From Macrostomum lignano (taxonomy: Eukaryota), in contig NIVC01000838.1 of assembly GCA_002269645.1 (NCBI GenBank), forward strand, positions 310,001 to 374,000: a stretch of DNA of 64,000 bases. Reading direction: 5' to 3'. The translations under genes were made by a program, and so were the position numbers. Below are positions 11,738 through 23,989 of this stretch, one piece after another. How positions within the stretch are numbered: position 1 is the first letter of the stretch; each line of letters begins with the position of its first letter. The notes beneath the pieces are model-generated. The model was not told where the DNA came from and did no database searches. It was given only the letters and a program-made list of their open reading frames with translations.

Positions 11738-12537
11738 AACAAAGTTTTAAGTCAAAGTGGATTTATGTTAAAAATGACAAATCATTTTTTCAAGTATATT
11801 TATAAAATTTGTATTACTGTCACTTTGAGATTAAAAGAATATTTGCATAAAAGTACATGCAGCATGGAAAGTACAGGAAACTATTCACAAGAGTTATCAC
11901 AGCCCAATATGAGCTCTGGAACACAAAGCATGCACAGTATACAAGATATATGAAACAGTTTCTATGCAAATACAAAACGTAAATACAAAACGTTCAGAGG
12001 CTCATATGATCTATCGATTTGATGAGTCAGCTAGTGCCAGACCTGACTGGTTCTCCTTCGCCAGCGGGTAGTGGGTCCTGAGCACGCAGCCAGTTGAATC
12101 CTGAGCAGGAGCCGCGATGTTCTTGAGCTGCAGAGGCTGCCTATGGTAGAACTCTGGCAGATGGCAGCTCACCTCAGTCTCACCAAGTTCGATCACAACA
12201 CTCGTTGAAGTTCCCGACGCTAAGCTCTGAAGTCGCTCCCGCAGCACCGCCACGCTGCTGCTGGGCCTGAAGCCATCAAAGCTGATTCTTCTGCAAGCCA
12301 TGCTGATTACCTGCGATATGACTAATTAGTTATCTTATTTGGCTTTCGAATCTCAAGTAGATCAACGGGTAGCAGGGTTTACCTTTTATAATCTTCTTCC
12401 CTCTTTCTCGAGTTCGCACCTCTCGCCCTCCATTGCTAGCGCCAAACCAAAGGCCAGTAGAAAGCCGAGCTCTCTGATTGGCTGGCACACCGGGAGCTGC
12501 ACGTGTGACGAAGCAGGTTAATTAACTGCAGGTTAAT
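11738..12537. repeat. Right arm of the ~800 bp inverted duplication (partner 1-~800)
   Basis: Reverse complement of 1-800; ORF-track pairs 17..199/12339..12521 and 237..527/12011..12301 mirror exactly. Confidence 0.97.
12011..12301 (-). CDS. 96-aa small protein, copy B; possible divergent ubiquitin-like fold
   Basis: Same protein as 237..527. Synonymous changes AGA>AGG, CAA>CAG and CTG>CTA. Confidence 0.6.
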   Translation of the reverse strand: [96 protein letters not shown]

Positions 12538-12924
12538 TGAGACCACTTCACGGTGTGGGGGACTGGCGGGCAGTGAATAAAAAACTGACTCTAAAGAGAG
12601 ACAGGCAGGTGAGCTAATTAATTAGCTATATCAGGAGGTGCGATAGCGGCCGGATTTTCTTATCTGTCTGTCGGCGACTGCCAGAGCGCAATGGCAGCCT
12701 CCTTTGAAGTTTTGCCGACTATAGGCTGCGCGTCTGTTGGTATCAGGCGTGGCAGATTGTTAGCACTTCGGTGTCTGGGTTAAACTGGGTTGCACGATAT
12801 TAATTTGTTTTGTTTGTTCTTCTGCTTGTATACTCTGTTTTATTTGTTTGTAAAGTGAGTTTGTAACTTTGTTTGTTGACTTTGAGGATTAGTTTCAAGT
12901 CTTGGCAACTTAACACCAGATGAT

Positions 12925-13437
12925 AAATCAAACAAGTGGCCCCATTAAAGTTCAGGGGTGGGGTAGCGGCCCCATTAAAGTTCAGGGGTGGGGTAGCGGC
13001 CCCATTAGAGTACAGGGATGGGGTAGCGGCCCCATTAAAGTTCATGGGATGGGGTAGCGGCCTCATTAAAGTTCATGGGATGGGGTAGCGGACTTATTAA
13101 AGTTCAGGGGATGGGGTAGCGGACTTATTAAAGTTCAGGGGATGGGGTAGCGGCCTCATTAAAGTTCAGGGAATGGGGTAGCGGCCTCATTAAAGTTCAG
13201 GGGATGGGGTAGCGGCCTCATTAAAGTTCAGGGGATGGTGTAGCGGCCTTATTTAAGTTCAGGGGATGGGGTAGCGGCCTCATTAAAGTTCAGGGGATGG
13301 GGTAGCGGCCTTATTAAAGTTCAGGGGATGGGGTAGCGGCTTTATTAAAGTTCAGGGAATCAGAGATGGGGTAGCGGCTTTATTAAAGTTCAGGGATGGG
13401 GTAGCGGCATCATTAAAAGACAGGGGATGGGGTAGCA
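12925..13437 (+). repeat. 30-31-bp G-rich minisatellite GGCC(C/T)CATTAAAGTTCAGGGGATGGGGTAGC
   Basis: Tandem copies; lies in the inferred 5'UTR intron of the qvr-like gene. Confidence 0.94.
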
Positions 13438-13606
13438 GACCAATAACTAAGTAGACATCTTTTGCCTTTTATTAACCTAGTTATGTTTGGAAATGTGCAA
13501 TTTATTCAAATATTCCAATCATTTACGTATGTCCATGCTCGGCAAGCAATATTAAGTTTAATTATTGGAATGAAAATTAATTCAATTCCAGCTCTTATCC
13601 CAGCCA

Positions 13607-13706
13607 ATGCACTGGCTTGTAGTCTTTGTGATAGTATCTTTGTTTGCTCTGCTGATTGGCCCGTCAACATCGTCATTTTCTGCTGACCAAGATCACTATT
13701 GTCGGG
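13607..13706 (+). CDS. qvr: Quiver/sleepless-like Ly6/uPAR protein, exon 1 (signal peptide)
   Basis: MHWLVVFVIVSLFALLIGPSTSSFSADQDHYCR; hydrophobic leader; donor CGG G|GTAA, phase 1. Confidence 0.82.
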
Positions 13707-13778
13707 GTAATAATTAGTATATTGTGATTAAATTTCTGACGCGCTTGGTGATTAAATATGTATTTTACCTAACTGTAG

Positions 13779-13922
13779 ACCAGGTGACCGACTGTGTTGA
13801 ATGCGACACGCAGCAGGACAGCCGCTGTGCTGATCCATTCGATACAGACTTATTGACCAGCGGCGCCTTGCAGTCTGTACGCTGCAATGGCGTCTGTTCG
13901 AAATTGGTGCAACGAAGTCCAG
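13779..13922 (+). CDS. qvr: Quiver/sleepless-like Ly6 protein, exon 2
   Basis: CVECDTQQDSRCADPF..CNGVCSKLVQRSP vs recalled Drosophila Qvr CYECDSWTDARCKDPF..CNGCCVKMVRHQRSP; phase 1-1. Confidence 0.9.
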
Positions 13923-13963
13923 GTGTGCCTTATTAATATATTTGCCTGCATTATCTGAGAACC

Positions 13964-14257
13964 CGAGAATCTGACCCACCTAAGAATCTGACCCGCTTGA
14001 GAATCTGACCCACCTGAGAATCTGACCCACCTGAGAATCTGACCCACCTGAGAATCTGACCCACTTGAGAATCTGACCCACCTGAGAATCTGACGCACCT
14101 GAGAATCTGACCCACCTAAGAATCTGACCCACCTGAGAATCTGACCCACCTGAGAATCTGACCCACCTGAGAATCTGACCCACCTGAGAATCTGACCCAC
14201 TTGAGAATCTGACCCACCTGAGAATCTGACCCACCTGAGAATCTGACCCACCTGAGA
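13964..14257 (+). repeat. 17-bp minisatellite GAGAATCTGACCCACCT
   Basis: Fills most of qvr intron 2. Confidence 0.95.
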
Positions 14258-14296
14258 AAATGACAACAGACAGGTGAGCTGTCCCCCCCCCCGCAG

Positions 14297-14514
14297 ACTC
14301 AACTAGAGTTCGGCGGACCTGCTCTCAGAATCTCCGGCTGCAGAAATTGTCCCCCTATTTGGTCTGCATCGACGAATCGCGCGGCAATGGTCAACTCTGC
14401 TTTTGCGAAGAGAAAAACTGCAATTTTGCGCCGCCTGCTACTGGCGAAGCGGCTGGTCGTTTAGTGCTGCTGATGATTGCAGTCGGCAGAGCGACTGCCA
14501 TGCTGTGTTGCTGA
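14297..14514 (+). CDS. qvr: Quiver/sleepless-like Ly6 protein, exon 3 (CFCEEKNCN plus hydrophobic, GPI-type tail)
   Basis: VRRTC..VCIDESRGNGQLCFCEEKNCN vs VRRMC..[21 protein letters not shown]; TGA at 14512-14514; total 153 aa. Confidence 0.9.
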
Positions 14515-15575
14515 CTAAATTTACCTGCTATTTTTTGCAAAGTTCGTTTTTTTCAGCAACAGTTTTGGCTGTGAAGTTTGTTCTTTTTTGCTGCTTCAAG
14601 GACAGTTAGGGTTAGGTAGTTTGCAGGAGGGCAGTTGCCGTCAGCGCTGGTTATCTGGGACGATGTTGTTGATCCCTGAAGATGCACATGGATGCGTACG
14701 CAGGCACACGCTCACTGAGGGTGTACAGCAGCCCTGACTTTCTTCTCATCGTCACACGTGTACACTCTGTGCCTTTGGAGGTGGGATGGATAAGTAAAAA
14801 GTAATTTCAAAATGCGAGTAATACGCTGCTGCATAAATCATATCGTTATCAATTATGCTTAGTTTTTTATACATTGCTGAGCACCCTTATGCTGCTTTAC
14901 ACAAAATATGAATCATTTTTTGTATCGCGCACCTGCTATTTGAATTATTAATTTTGCTGAGTTCAGTATTTAATAATTTTTCTATACGCGCACACTTGCA
15001 ATTCCAGAGTTATATTTTAATGCCAGTTGTCGAAGACTTTAATTGTTGGAATTACAATCTATTTGTAGAACAGATATTTATTAGCATATTTTCCCATGTA
15101 TTATTAATGATTAACCTTGTACATAATTTTTTGCTTTTAAACAGTAGAATTTTCTTTTTTTCTAACTTTGTAGTTTATTTGGCGGCATTTTTCCTATTCG
15201 CCTGTTTAAAAGTGTTCTTACAGTTGCTGACTTATCAAGCTGAATGCTTTTTTATTCTGATTAAAAATTCCTGTATGCTTTTATTGGTTTCAACCTTCAT
15301 TGATCGTAACTGTTGTAATAGATTATTTATCAGTTTGCCTTGATTAATAATCATAATGCTAAATACTTGAACACACCAGTTTATGTGCAATCCAGTCGGC
15401 TGTTCTATGCCATTTTTGTTTTAATCTAGTCTATAATTCACCCGTGTCGAGTTTTCAACTCGGGTCGCGGAATTTTTCATTATTTAAGTATCAATTTTTG
15501 ATAAAAGTTTACATGATACTTCCTTTAAAGTTAAAGGAAGCTCTAATAAACCAGAAACTTAGCTCTAACGTTTAT

Positions 15576-16445
15576 TCTTTCCACCTACCTCACTCCCTCA
15601 GTGTACACTTTCTCCCCGCTAAACCAACCTCACTCCTTCAGTGTACACTTTCTCCCCGCTAAACCAACCTCACTCCTTCAGTGTACACTTTCTCCCCGCT
15701 AAACCAACCTCACTCCCTCAGTGTACACTTTCTCCCCGCTAAACCAACCTCACTCCCTCAGTGTACACTTTCTCCCCGCTAAACCAACCTCACTCCTTCA
15801 GTGTACACTTTCTCCCCGCTAAACTAACCTCACTCCCTCAGTGTACACTTTCTCCCCGCTAAACTAACCTCACTCCCTCAGTGTACACTTTCTCCCCGCT
15901 AAATCAACCTCACTCCCTCAGTGTACACTTTCTCCCCGCTAAACCAACCTCAATCCCTCAGTGTACACTTTCTCCCCGCTAAACTAACCTCACTCCCTCA
16001 GTGTACACTTTCTCCCCGCTAAACCAACCTCACTCCCTCAGTGTACACTTTCTCCCCGCTAAACCAACCTCAATCCCTCAGTGTACACTTTCTCCCCGCT
16101 AAACCAACCTCAATCCCTCAGTGTACACTTTCTCCCCGCTAAATCAACCTCACTCCCTCAGTGTACACTTTCTCCCCGCTAAACCAACCTCAATCCCTCA
16201 GTGTACACTTTCTCCCCGCTAAATCAACCTCACTCCCTCAGTGTACACTTTCTCCCCGCTAAACCAACCTCAATCCCTCAGTGTACACTTTCTCCCCGCT
16301 AAACCAACCTCAATCCCTCAGTGTACACTTTCTCCCCGCTAAACCAACCTCAATCCCTCAGTGTACACTTTCTCCCCGCTAAACCAACCTCACTCCTTCA
16401 GTGTACACTTTCTCCCCGCTAAAGCAACCTCACTCCCTCTGTGTA
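15576..16445 (+). repeat. 40-bp minisatellite CTTTCTCCCCGCTAAACCAACCTCACTCCCTCAGTGTACA
   Basis: About 21 near-identical contiguous copies, no spacers. Confidence 0.96.
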
Positions 16446-17072
16446 CAGTCTCCCTTTTCTGGTAAAGTACAAGCAGAACTTAATTGTTGTTTTACTAAAC
16501 CTAAACCTACATTTTATAGTTGACCCAAGTCCCAAAGCTATTTTCATCTGGTTTTCGCATTTTTACGATACCAAAAATATTGTTACATAAATGTTTTCCT
16601 CCCGTGTTTCCAATTTTTACTTAAACATATTTGTTTATTTAACTTAAGAACACTTAGTGTACTGCATAATTTTTACTTGTACAGGTGATATTTTTATCTT
16701 GCATCAGATATATATTATAATTTTTATTGTTCCCCTAGCTTTTGACTAAAATTCCGGCCTCGATTACATGCGGTTTATTGCCATTAATTTGTTTATAACT
16801 GCTGTAGCTATTCTTAACTTTTAATTACACTGATTAAAATATGCAAGGAGAGCTCCTCGTTTTTTAGAGTTGTTACTTTGATTTTCCTGTATTCTCTTCT
16901 ATATTGTTTTTCTACCACATTAGTTTTAAGGCTTTGTTGGGAATCGAACCAAGGACCTTTTAAGAAACAGAGCGGTATTAGTTAACTCTGTCCAGGTGAT
17001 GTCTCTTGATATTCTGTCTTTCTACTTTAATAAGTAGTCTAATTTGCCTATACATTGCATGTACAAAAAAGC

Positions 17073-17259
17073 ATGGCGGAGCTCAACGTGAATGGAAGCT
17101 CTGGCGGCGACGCTAACGATGACGTGTTGGCTGGGACTCACACTGAGGCAGTCAGGGAGATGCAGAAACAGGCGACTAGCTTGGACAGCAGCACCGGCGG
17201 AGGCGGCGGCAGTGGCGGATCTTCAGCTGCTACGGCTGCGGCTTCTGCACCACCACCAG
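17073..17259 (+). CDS. ARFIP: Arfaptin (AH/BAR domain), exon 1
   Basis: ATG 17073; low-complexity N-terminus; donor CCAG|GTTTGG, phase 1, compatible with exon 2. Confidence 0.7.
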
Positions 17260-17927
17260 GTTTGGATTCTGTTTATAGTACCTTCACTTTGCCGATATGT
17301 ATCGAGAATAGTTTTACAAGATTTCCTTTGTCTATAGTATTTTTATGTAGCCGATATGTATCGAAAATAGTTTAACAAGATTTCCTTTGTCTGTAGTATT
17401 TTTATGTTGTCGATATGTATCGAAAAATACGGTCAAGAATTGTAAATTTTCTTTTAAAAAATCGGTAAACATGCCCTCATAAAGCTTAAATATCTCGATA
17501 AAGCGACAAAAATCGTATACTGTTTTGCTTGAAAGAATTGTTAACAAATATTTCCTTCAGTTTACCCAGGAAGCGAAGCAGTCAGTCACGGCGGATTTTG
17601 GAGTACGAAATTGAATTATCAAATCGTTTAATTGAAATCAGTTTTAGACCCGCTGCTAGTTTCTGTTTTTCGCAATTGTTGTTATATGAATTTTTTGACT
17701 GAGTTGATTCCTTTCAATATAAGATATCAATATATTTGCTAATCAGTTCTTATTGTAATTTGGTTAAGTAAATTAATCTTAGCTACCATTTTAGAATAGC
17801 TTCTACGAATTTTATCGTGCTTTTACGTCTGTCTACTTTAAGTACACCAAAAGCATTATTCTTAAAAAAGTTTTAGTCGTAAAAAAGTGCTACTGGTCTG
17901 CATGAAACCTATTGTTTCCACACGCAG

Positions 17928-18172
17928 ATCGGGCCAATCAGATTTTATCCGCAGCCGGGCTGACCGGTAGGCAAGACAACACCCTGGATCACGTGCGCCA
18001 GTGGAGTGTCAGCACCTACAAGTGTACCAAGCAGCTCGTGTCCGAACGGCTTGGCAAAGGATCGCGCACCGTTGACACGGACTTAGAGGCGGCAGTTGCC
18101 AATCTGCGTGACAGCCAGAAGCGATATCAGGCGCTGCTCAACCTTGCTGGCGGTCTGGCTCGGCACTTTCAG
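17928..18172 (+). CDS. ARFIP: Arfaptin, exon 2
   Basis: [25 protein letters not shown] vs human [33 protein letters not shown]|GTGAG. Confidence 0.95.
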
Positions 18173-18189
18173 GTGAGAATTTTACTGTA

Positions 18190-19022
18190 GCCAAAATCCC
18201 CATCCCGTATTCAAAATCCCAATCCCATATTCAGAATCCCATCCCATATTCAGAATCCCATCCCATATTCAGAATCCCATCCCATATTCAGAATCCCATC
18301 CCATATTCAGAATCCCCATCCCATATTCAGAATCCCATACCGTATTCAAAAACCCGCATCCCATATTCAGAATCCCCATCCCATATTCAGAACCTCCATC
18401 CCATATTCAGAACCCCCATCCCATATTCAGAATCCCAGCCCATATTCAGAATCCCCATCCCATATTCAGAATCCCCATCCCATATTCAGAACCCCCATCC
18501 CATATTCAGAACCCCCATCCCATATTCAGAACCCCCATCCCATATTCAGAATCCCCATCCCATATTCAGAACCCCCATCCCATATTCAGAATCCCATCCC
18601 ATATTCAGAATCCCATCCCAAATTCAGAATCCCCATCCCATATTCAGAATCCCCATCCCAAATTCAGAATCCCCATCCCATATTCAGAATCCCCATCCCA
18701 TATTCAGAATCCCGATCCCATATTCAGAATCCCGATCCCATATTTAGAATCGCATCCCATATTCAGAATCCCATCCCATATTCAGAATCCCCATCCCGTA
18801 TTCAAAATCCCCATCCCATATTCAGAATCCCGATCCCATATTCAGAATCCCCATCCCGTATTCAGAATCCCGATCCCATATTCAGAATCCCCATCCCATA
18901 TTCAGAACCCCCATCCCATATTCGGAATCCCCATCCCATATTCAGAATCCCCATCCCATATTCAGAACCCCCATCCCATATTCGGAATCCCCATCCCGTA
19001 TTCAGAATCCCCATCCCATATT
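18190..19022 (+). repeat. 19-20-bp minisatellite CAGAATCCCCATCCCATATT
   Basis: Tandem array starting within ~20 nt of the exon 2 donor. Confidence 0.95.
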
Positions 19023-19137
19023 CCATATCCTCGAACCCATTCCATCTCCAGCCCATACTCAAAGTCGTCTCGTGATCGAAGGTTCCAATGCCTGGCAGTC
19101 TTTGCTAAGTGGTAGGTTAAATACGATTCAACTGCAG

Positions 19138-19432
19138 CATACATGCGCAACCTCCGAAATTCGGTCGGCCATGCGACTTAGTTTTAACAAGAATGCGACG
19201 TAGTTTTTGGCCAAAAATGCGACTTACATGTAAAAAAAACCCTAAAGCAAAGTTAACGCAACTTTGGGTAAACGGCAGGAGTAACTATGTCTTATTAGGC
19301 TAAAATGCCTCGTCAGCTACTTAGTACTACTACTTGGTCATTTTTTTGGGTGGGCATTTTTGCGACTTCCTTGGTTGGCCGCCAAATCAGTCGGCCGGAT
19401 CGGCCGACTCGGCCGACTGTTGCGCATGTATG
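19138..19432. mobile_element. hAT-type MITE, 295 bp
   Basis: Perfect 14-bp TIR CATACATGCGCAAC / GTTGCGCATGTATG; perfect 8-bp TSD AACTGCAG (19130-19137, 19433-19440); subterminal GTCGGCC/GGCCGAC and repeated TGCGAC. Confidence 0.9.
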
Positions 19433-19468
19433 AACTGCAGCACCCAATCCCGCCTTTCCTGACTGCAG

Positions 19469-19698
19469 GCCGTTCTGGACACTCAGCGAGTTCTTGGCGA
19501 AGCCTTTCGCGACCTGGCCCGCTCAGACCGCGACCTCTCGAACGAATTTGGCTACAACTGCGAGACCCAGCGAGCTCTGGCTGCCAACGGCGAGCGGCTC
19601 ATGTCAGCGCTGAACTTCTTCTGCCAGTCCCTAAATACCTTGGTTACTAAAACATTCGAGGATACCCTGATCACCGTGAACAACTATGAGTATGCCAG
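19469..19698 (+). CDS. ARFIP: Arfaptin, exon 3
   Basis: [44 protein letters not shown] matches the AH domain; phase 0-2. Confidence 0.95.
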
Positions 19699-19719
19699 GT
19701 GAGTTCGACGTTGGGGAGA

Positions 19720-20082
<363 letters not shown>

Positions 20083-20111
20083 ACTCAAGCAGCCCCTCCC
20101 CCGCCGCGCAG

Positions 20112-20277
20112 AGTGGAGTTTGACGCCTACCGCGCCGATTTGGAGGCGGCCAACGCAGGCGGCGGCGGCAGCGCTAAACTGGACGAATTGCGCTCAAAAT
20201 TCGAAGCCCAACGAACCAAATACGAGCGACTGCGCCAGGACGTGCTGGTTAAGATCAAGCTGCTGGACGAGAACCGG
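20112..20277 (+). CDS. ARFIP: Arfaptin, exon 4
   Basis: [31 protein letters not shown] vs [31 protein letters not shown]; phase 2-0. Confidence 0.95.
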
Positions 20278-20494
20278 GTGAGTGTGCAGGTGCTGCTCAC
20301 AGGCTGCTCCCTCGTCCTCACGCGCCAACCACTGTGTAGCAGGGTGTGTGCATGTCTGACGATTCGAAAGTCAGGGCTTTCAGAAATCAGAATTAGGCCT
20401 CCAAAGTACACTGCTTCTTGATTAGAAAAATATGGGGACAATTTTATATTTTTATTCCCTTAGCGCATTGCAAATCCCAAACTCACCTACTCAG

Positions 20495-20695
20495 GTGCGC
20501 GTGATGCAGAAGCAGCTGCTGCTCTTTCACAACGCTGTGTCGGCCTATTTCTCCGGCAATCAGACTGCTCTAGAGGCCACCCTGAAACAGTTCTCTGTCC
20601 GACCAATGTCTGGCAGTTCGGAGCGGCAGGCCTTCCTGGAGCAGCCGGGTCCCCAGCAGAAGCAGAAACAGCAGCAAGAACAGAAGAGGCCTTGA
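20495..20695 (+). CDS. ARFIP: Arfaptin, exon 5 (last)
   Basis: [21 protein letters not shown] vs [21 protein letters not shown]; TGA ends at 20695; total 342 aa. Confidence 0.95.
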   Translation: [66 protein letters not shown]

Positions 20696-21589
20696 ATTCA
20701 ACATAACTTAACGCCTGATTTCCCCTATCTAATGGCCAGTATGTTTTGAAAATTAACTTTAAGCAGATTTTTACTTACTACTACTAACTTGTCTACTAAT
20801 AGTAGCATCGAACGTAGATTTAATCAAAATTTAGTGAAGCTGAACTATATTAGCTATTAATTACCAACTCACACATCAGAGACATTCCGATGGTGTTTGA
20901 ACATTTGAGTGTATTTGCTGTGTAGCTCACTTTCATTTCATTGCCTGCTAGCCTATATATTCTACTTTCAACTGGCAATCCCATGACCTGCAGTCTGGTG
21001 TATTCGTTTTCTTTGTCGGAATTTTATTTAGCAGTAACACGGCTGCTGTTGCTACTAATGTTACTACTAACAGCCGCACGTGCGCACATGATGATGTTTT
21101 TCTGATTTATTTATTCAGCTGAGTTTGACCCCGTCGCTTCATATATTTTTTTTATTAAATAATATATATATATATACACTCATTTTTCTATACATTGCTA
21201 TCATTTTGTTTGTTCGTTTGCGTCGTAAATCTCTCTTGCCTAGGAGGGCCTTAGAATGCAAGACAGGCAACCCCCCGTATGCCCTGGATACCGCCATTTT
21301 TTCTCTGAATAGCCATGCACTGACGACAGCCAGACAATGGGAGATCTGGGACACCTGCCTTAACCCCCAGCCCCCTTACACCTATGACACCTGCTTTCGT
21401 TAAGATTCTGCTTTTGTTGACTTGGATTTTTTGTTGGTTGCCAAGCGGCTGTCGTATTGCATGGCACCTGTCTGTCAATTTTATTAACTGCCTGCGTCTT
21501 CTTGTTTCCAGTTCCTGCCCATCCTTAACCTCTTTTTTTCGATTCAGTTCTGTTCTATTCTGCTGCCTATTGTTCCTCTGACCTTAGAT

Positions 21590-21757
21590 CTCCCCTGACC
21601 TTAGATCTCCCCTGACCTTCGATCTCCCCTCATCTCTGATCTCCCCTCACCTCTGATCTCCCCTCCCCTCTGATCTCCCCTCCCCTCTGATCTCCCCTCA
21701 CCTCTGATCTCCCCTCCCCTCTGATCTCCCCTCCCCTCTGATCTCCCCTCCCCTCTT
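21590..21757 (+). repeat. 17-bp minisatellite TCTGATCTCCCCTC(A/C)CC
   Basis: Tandem copies visible. Confidence 0.9.
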
Positions 21758-22244
21758 GAACTCTCATCTGTTCTCAAAACTCCTCCCAGCTCAACACTTC
21801 TTTCCTCATCTTACACAATATTTCCAGTAAAGTTCTGATGACCAACATGTCATATTCTCAGCATGCCCACACAGTTCTCAAATTCAAAAATGGGAAAGCA
21901 TGTGTCCCTAGCTACCATTAGCATGGTGTGTGCAATGACATTTAATGTTGCTTTCTGATTATATTTTTTAAAAGTTGGGGCAACCCGTTATTGTTTTTTT
22001 GTTGAAAATTGCGCTTCCTCGCCGATTTTTCCTTTGTTTCTTTTGTTTCAAAGCATATTGTGCAGGCAAGATTATTGTTTAATTGATGGATTTGTATTTA
22101 TAATTAATTCTTAAGGAATATGAGAGAGGCTGTGACGGTACTGGGCTTGTAGCAACAGCATATTACTGTTGAGTGCCTTTTTCTAATGCTATTCTGCGAG
22201 CTCTTGTGTCACTCTTCTGGATACGAATTTATCACTTATTTATT

Positions 22245-23363
22245 TTTGACGCCATCTTTGACATCAAGGTGTGTCAGTCTGACGCCATCTTTGACATCAA
22301 GGGAGTGTCAGTCTGACGCCATATTTGACATCAAGGTTTGTCAGTCTGACGCCATCTTTGACATCAAGGGAGTGTCAGTCTGACGCCATCTCTGACATCA
22401 AGGGAGTGTCAGTCTGACGCCATCTCTGACATCAAGGGAGTGTCAGTCTGACGCCATCTCTGACATCAAGGGAGTGTCAGTCTGACGCCATCTCTGACAT
22501 CAAGGGAGTGTCAGTCTGACGCCATCTCTGACATTAAGGTGTGTCAGTCTGACGCCATCTCTGACATCAAGGGAGTGTCAGTCTGACGCCATCTCTGACA
22601 TCAAGGGAGTGTCAGTCTGACGCCATATTTGACATCAAGGGAGTGTCAGTCTGACGCCATCTTTGACATCAAGGGAGTGTCAGTCTGACGCCATATTTGA
22701 CATCAAGGGAGTGTCAGTCTGACGCCATCTCTGACATCAAGGGAGTGTCAGTCTGACGCCATCTCTGACATCAAGGGAGTGTCAGTCTGACGCCATATTT
22801 GACATCAAGGGAGTGTCAGTCTGACGCCATATTTGACATCAAGGGAGTGTCAGTCTGACGCCATCTCTGACATCAAGGGAGTGTCAGTCTGACGCCATAT
22901 TTGACATCAAGGGAGTGTCAGTCTGACGCCATCTTTGACATCGAGGGAGTGTCAGTCTGACGCCATATTTGACATCAAGAGAGTGTCAGTCTGACGCCAT
23001 ATTTAACATCAAGGGAGTGTCAGTCTGACGCCATCTTTAACATCAAGGGAGTGTCAGTCTGACGCCATCTTTAACATCAAAGGAGTGTCAGTCTGACGCC
23101 ATCTTTGACATCAAGGGAGTGTCAGTCTGACGCCATCTTTAACATCAAGGGAGTGTCAGTCTGACGCCATATTTGACATCAAGGTGCGTCAGTCTGACGC
23201 CATCTTTGACATCAAGGTGTGTCAGTCTGACGCCATATTTGACATCAAGGTGTGTCAGTCTGACGCCATATTTGACATCAAGGTGCGTCAGTCTGACGCC
23301 ATATTTGACATCAAGGGAGTGTCAGTCTGACGCCATATTTGACATCAAGGGAGTGTCAGTCTG
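22245..23363 (+). repeat. 34-bp minisatellite TGACATCAAGGGAGTGTCAGTCTGACGCCATCT(C/T), internally palindromic
   Basis: Period 34 measured (22381 to 22415); contiguous, no spacers. Confidence 0.96.
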
Positions 23364-23989
23364 CTTTAAGAACTGTCGTGCAGCTATTTAACGAAAATGG
23401 CAATGTTAATCCAATCCGTTTGTTTGCTTCAAGCCTTGATTAAATTTAGCACAATGATTGCGCATAAATATTGCTGATCTAATTTCGCTAATCTGTTAAT
23501 ATTTTAATTTATAATCTTCTGCTAATTTTAAAGTCAAATTTATCCTAATATTTTAAGAATTGTGCTAACCGGGTCACCTGCACTCGCGCACAATGTCTTT
23601 TGAAATCTAATATTCTTTTCTAGCAGAATTTTCACTGAATAATGCAAACAATTATTGTTTATTTGGATAAATGATTTATAACTGGCAGTGACATACAGCG
23701 GTTGTTGTTGTTTTGGAATAAAATACGACGGAAATTAAATGGCTTTATTGTTTCTTGTCTCAGTGACACACTTTACACACATAATTTTCAAAAACCATTC
23801 TATTTTTATATTCTATTTCTATAGAAAACGCGTTTTATGTTACTGAATTCAGTAGTTGAGTATGGTATACAAAAAAGTAATGTTGATTTAAACCCAGGGT
23901 TCAACGGAAACCTCCAAACCGCTCGAATGGATGCACTATTGGTTTATGTTCCAAGTATTTACGTTTTTAACCTCTCGCACTTTCTTGCT

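Noticed and set aside
1-12537. Polinton/Maverick or autonomous DNA transposon using the 800-bp arms as TIRs
   Set aside because: No polB, integrase, ATPase or transposase between the arms; the interior holds a host gene.
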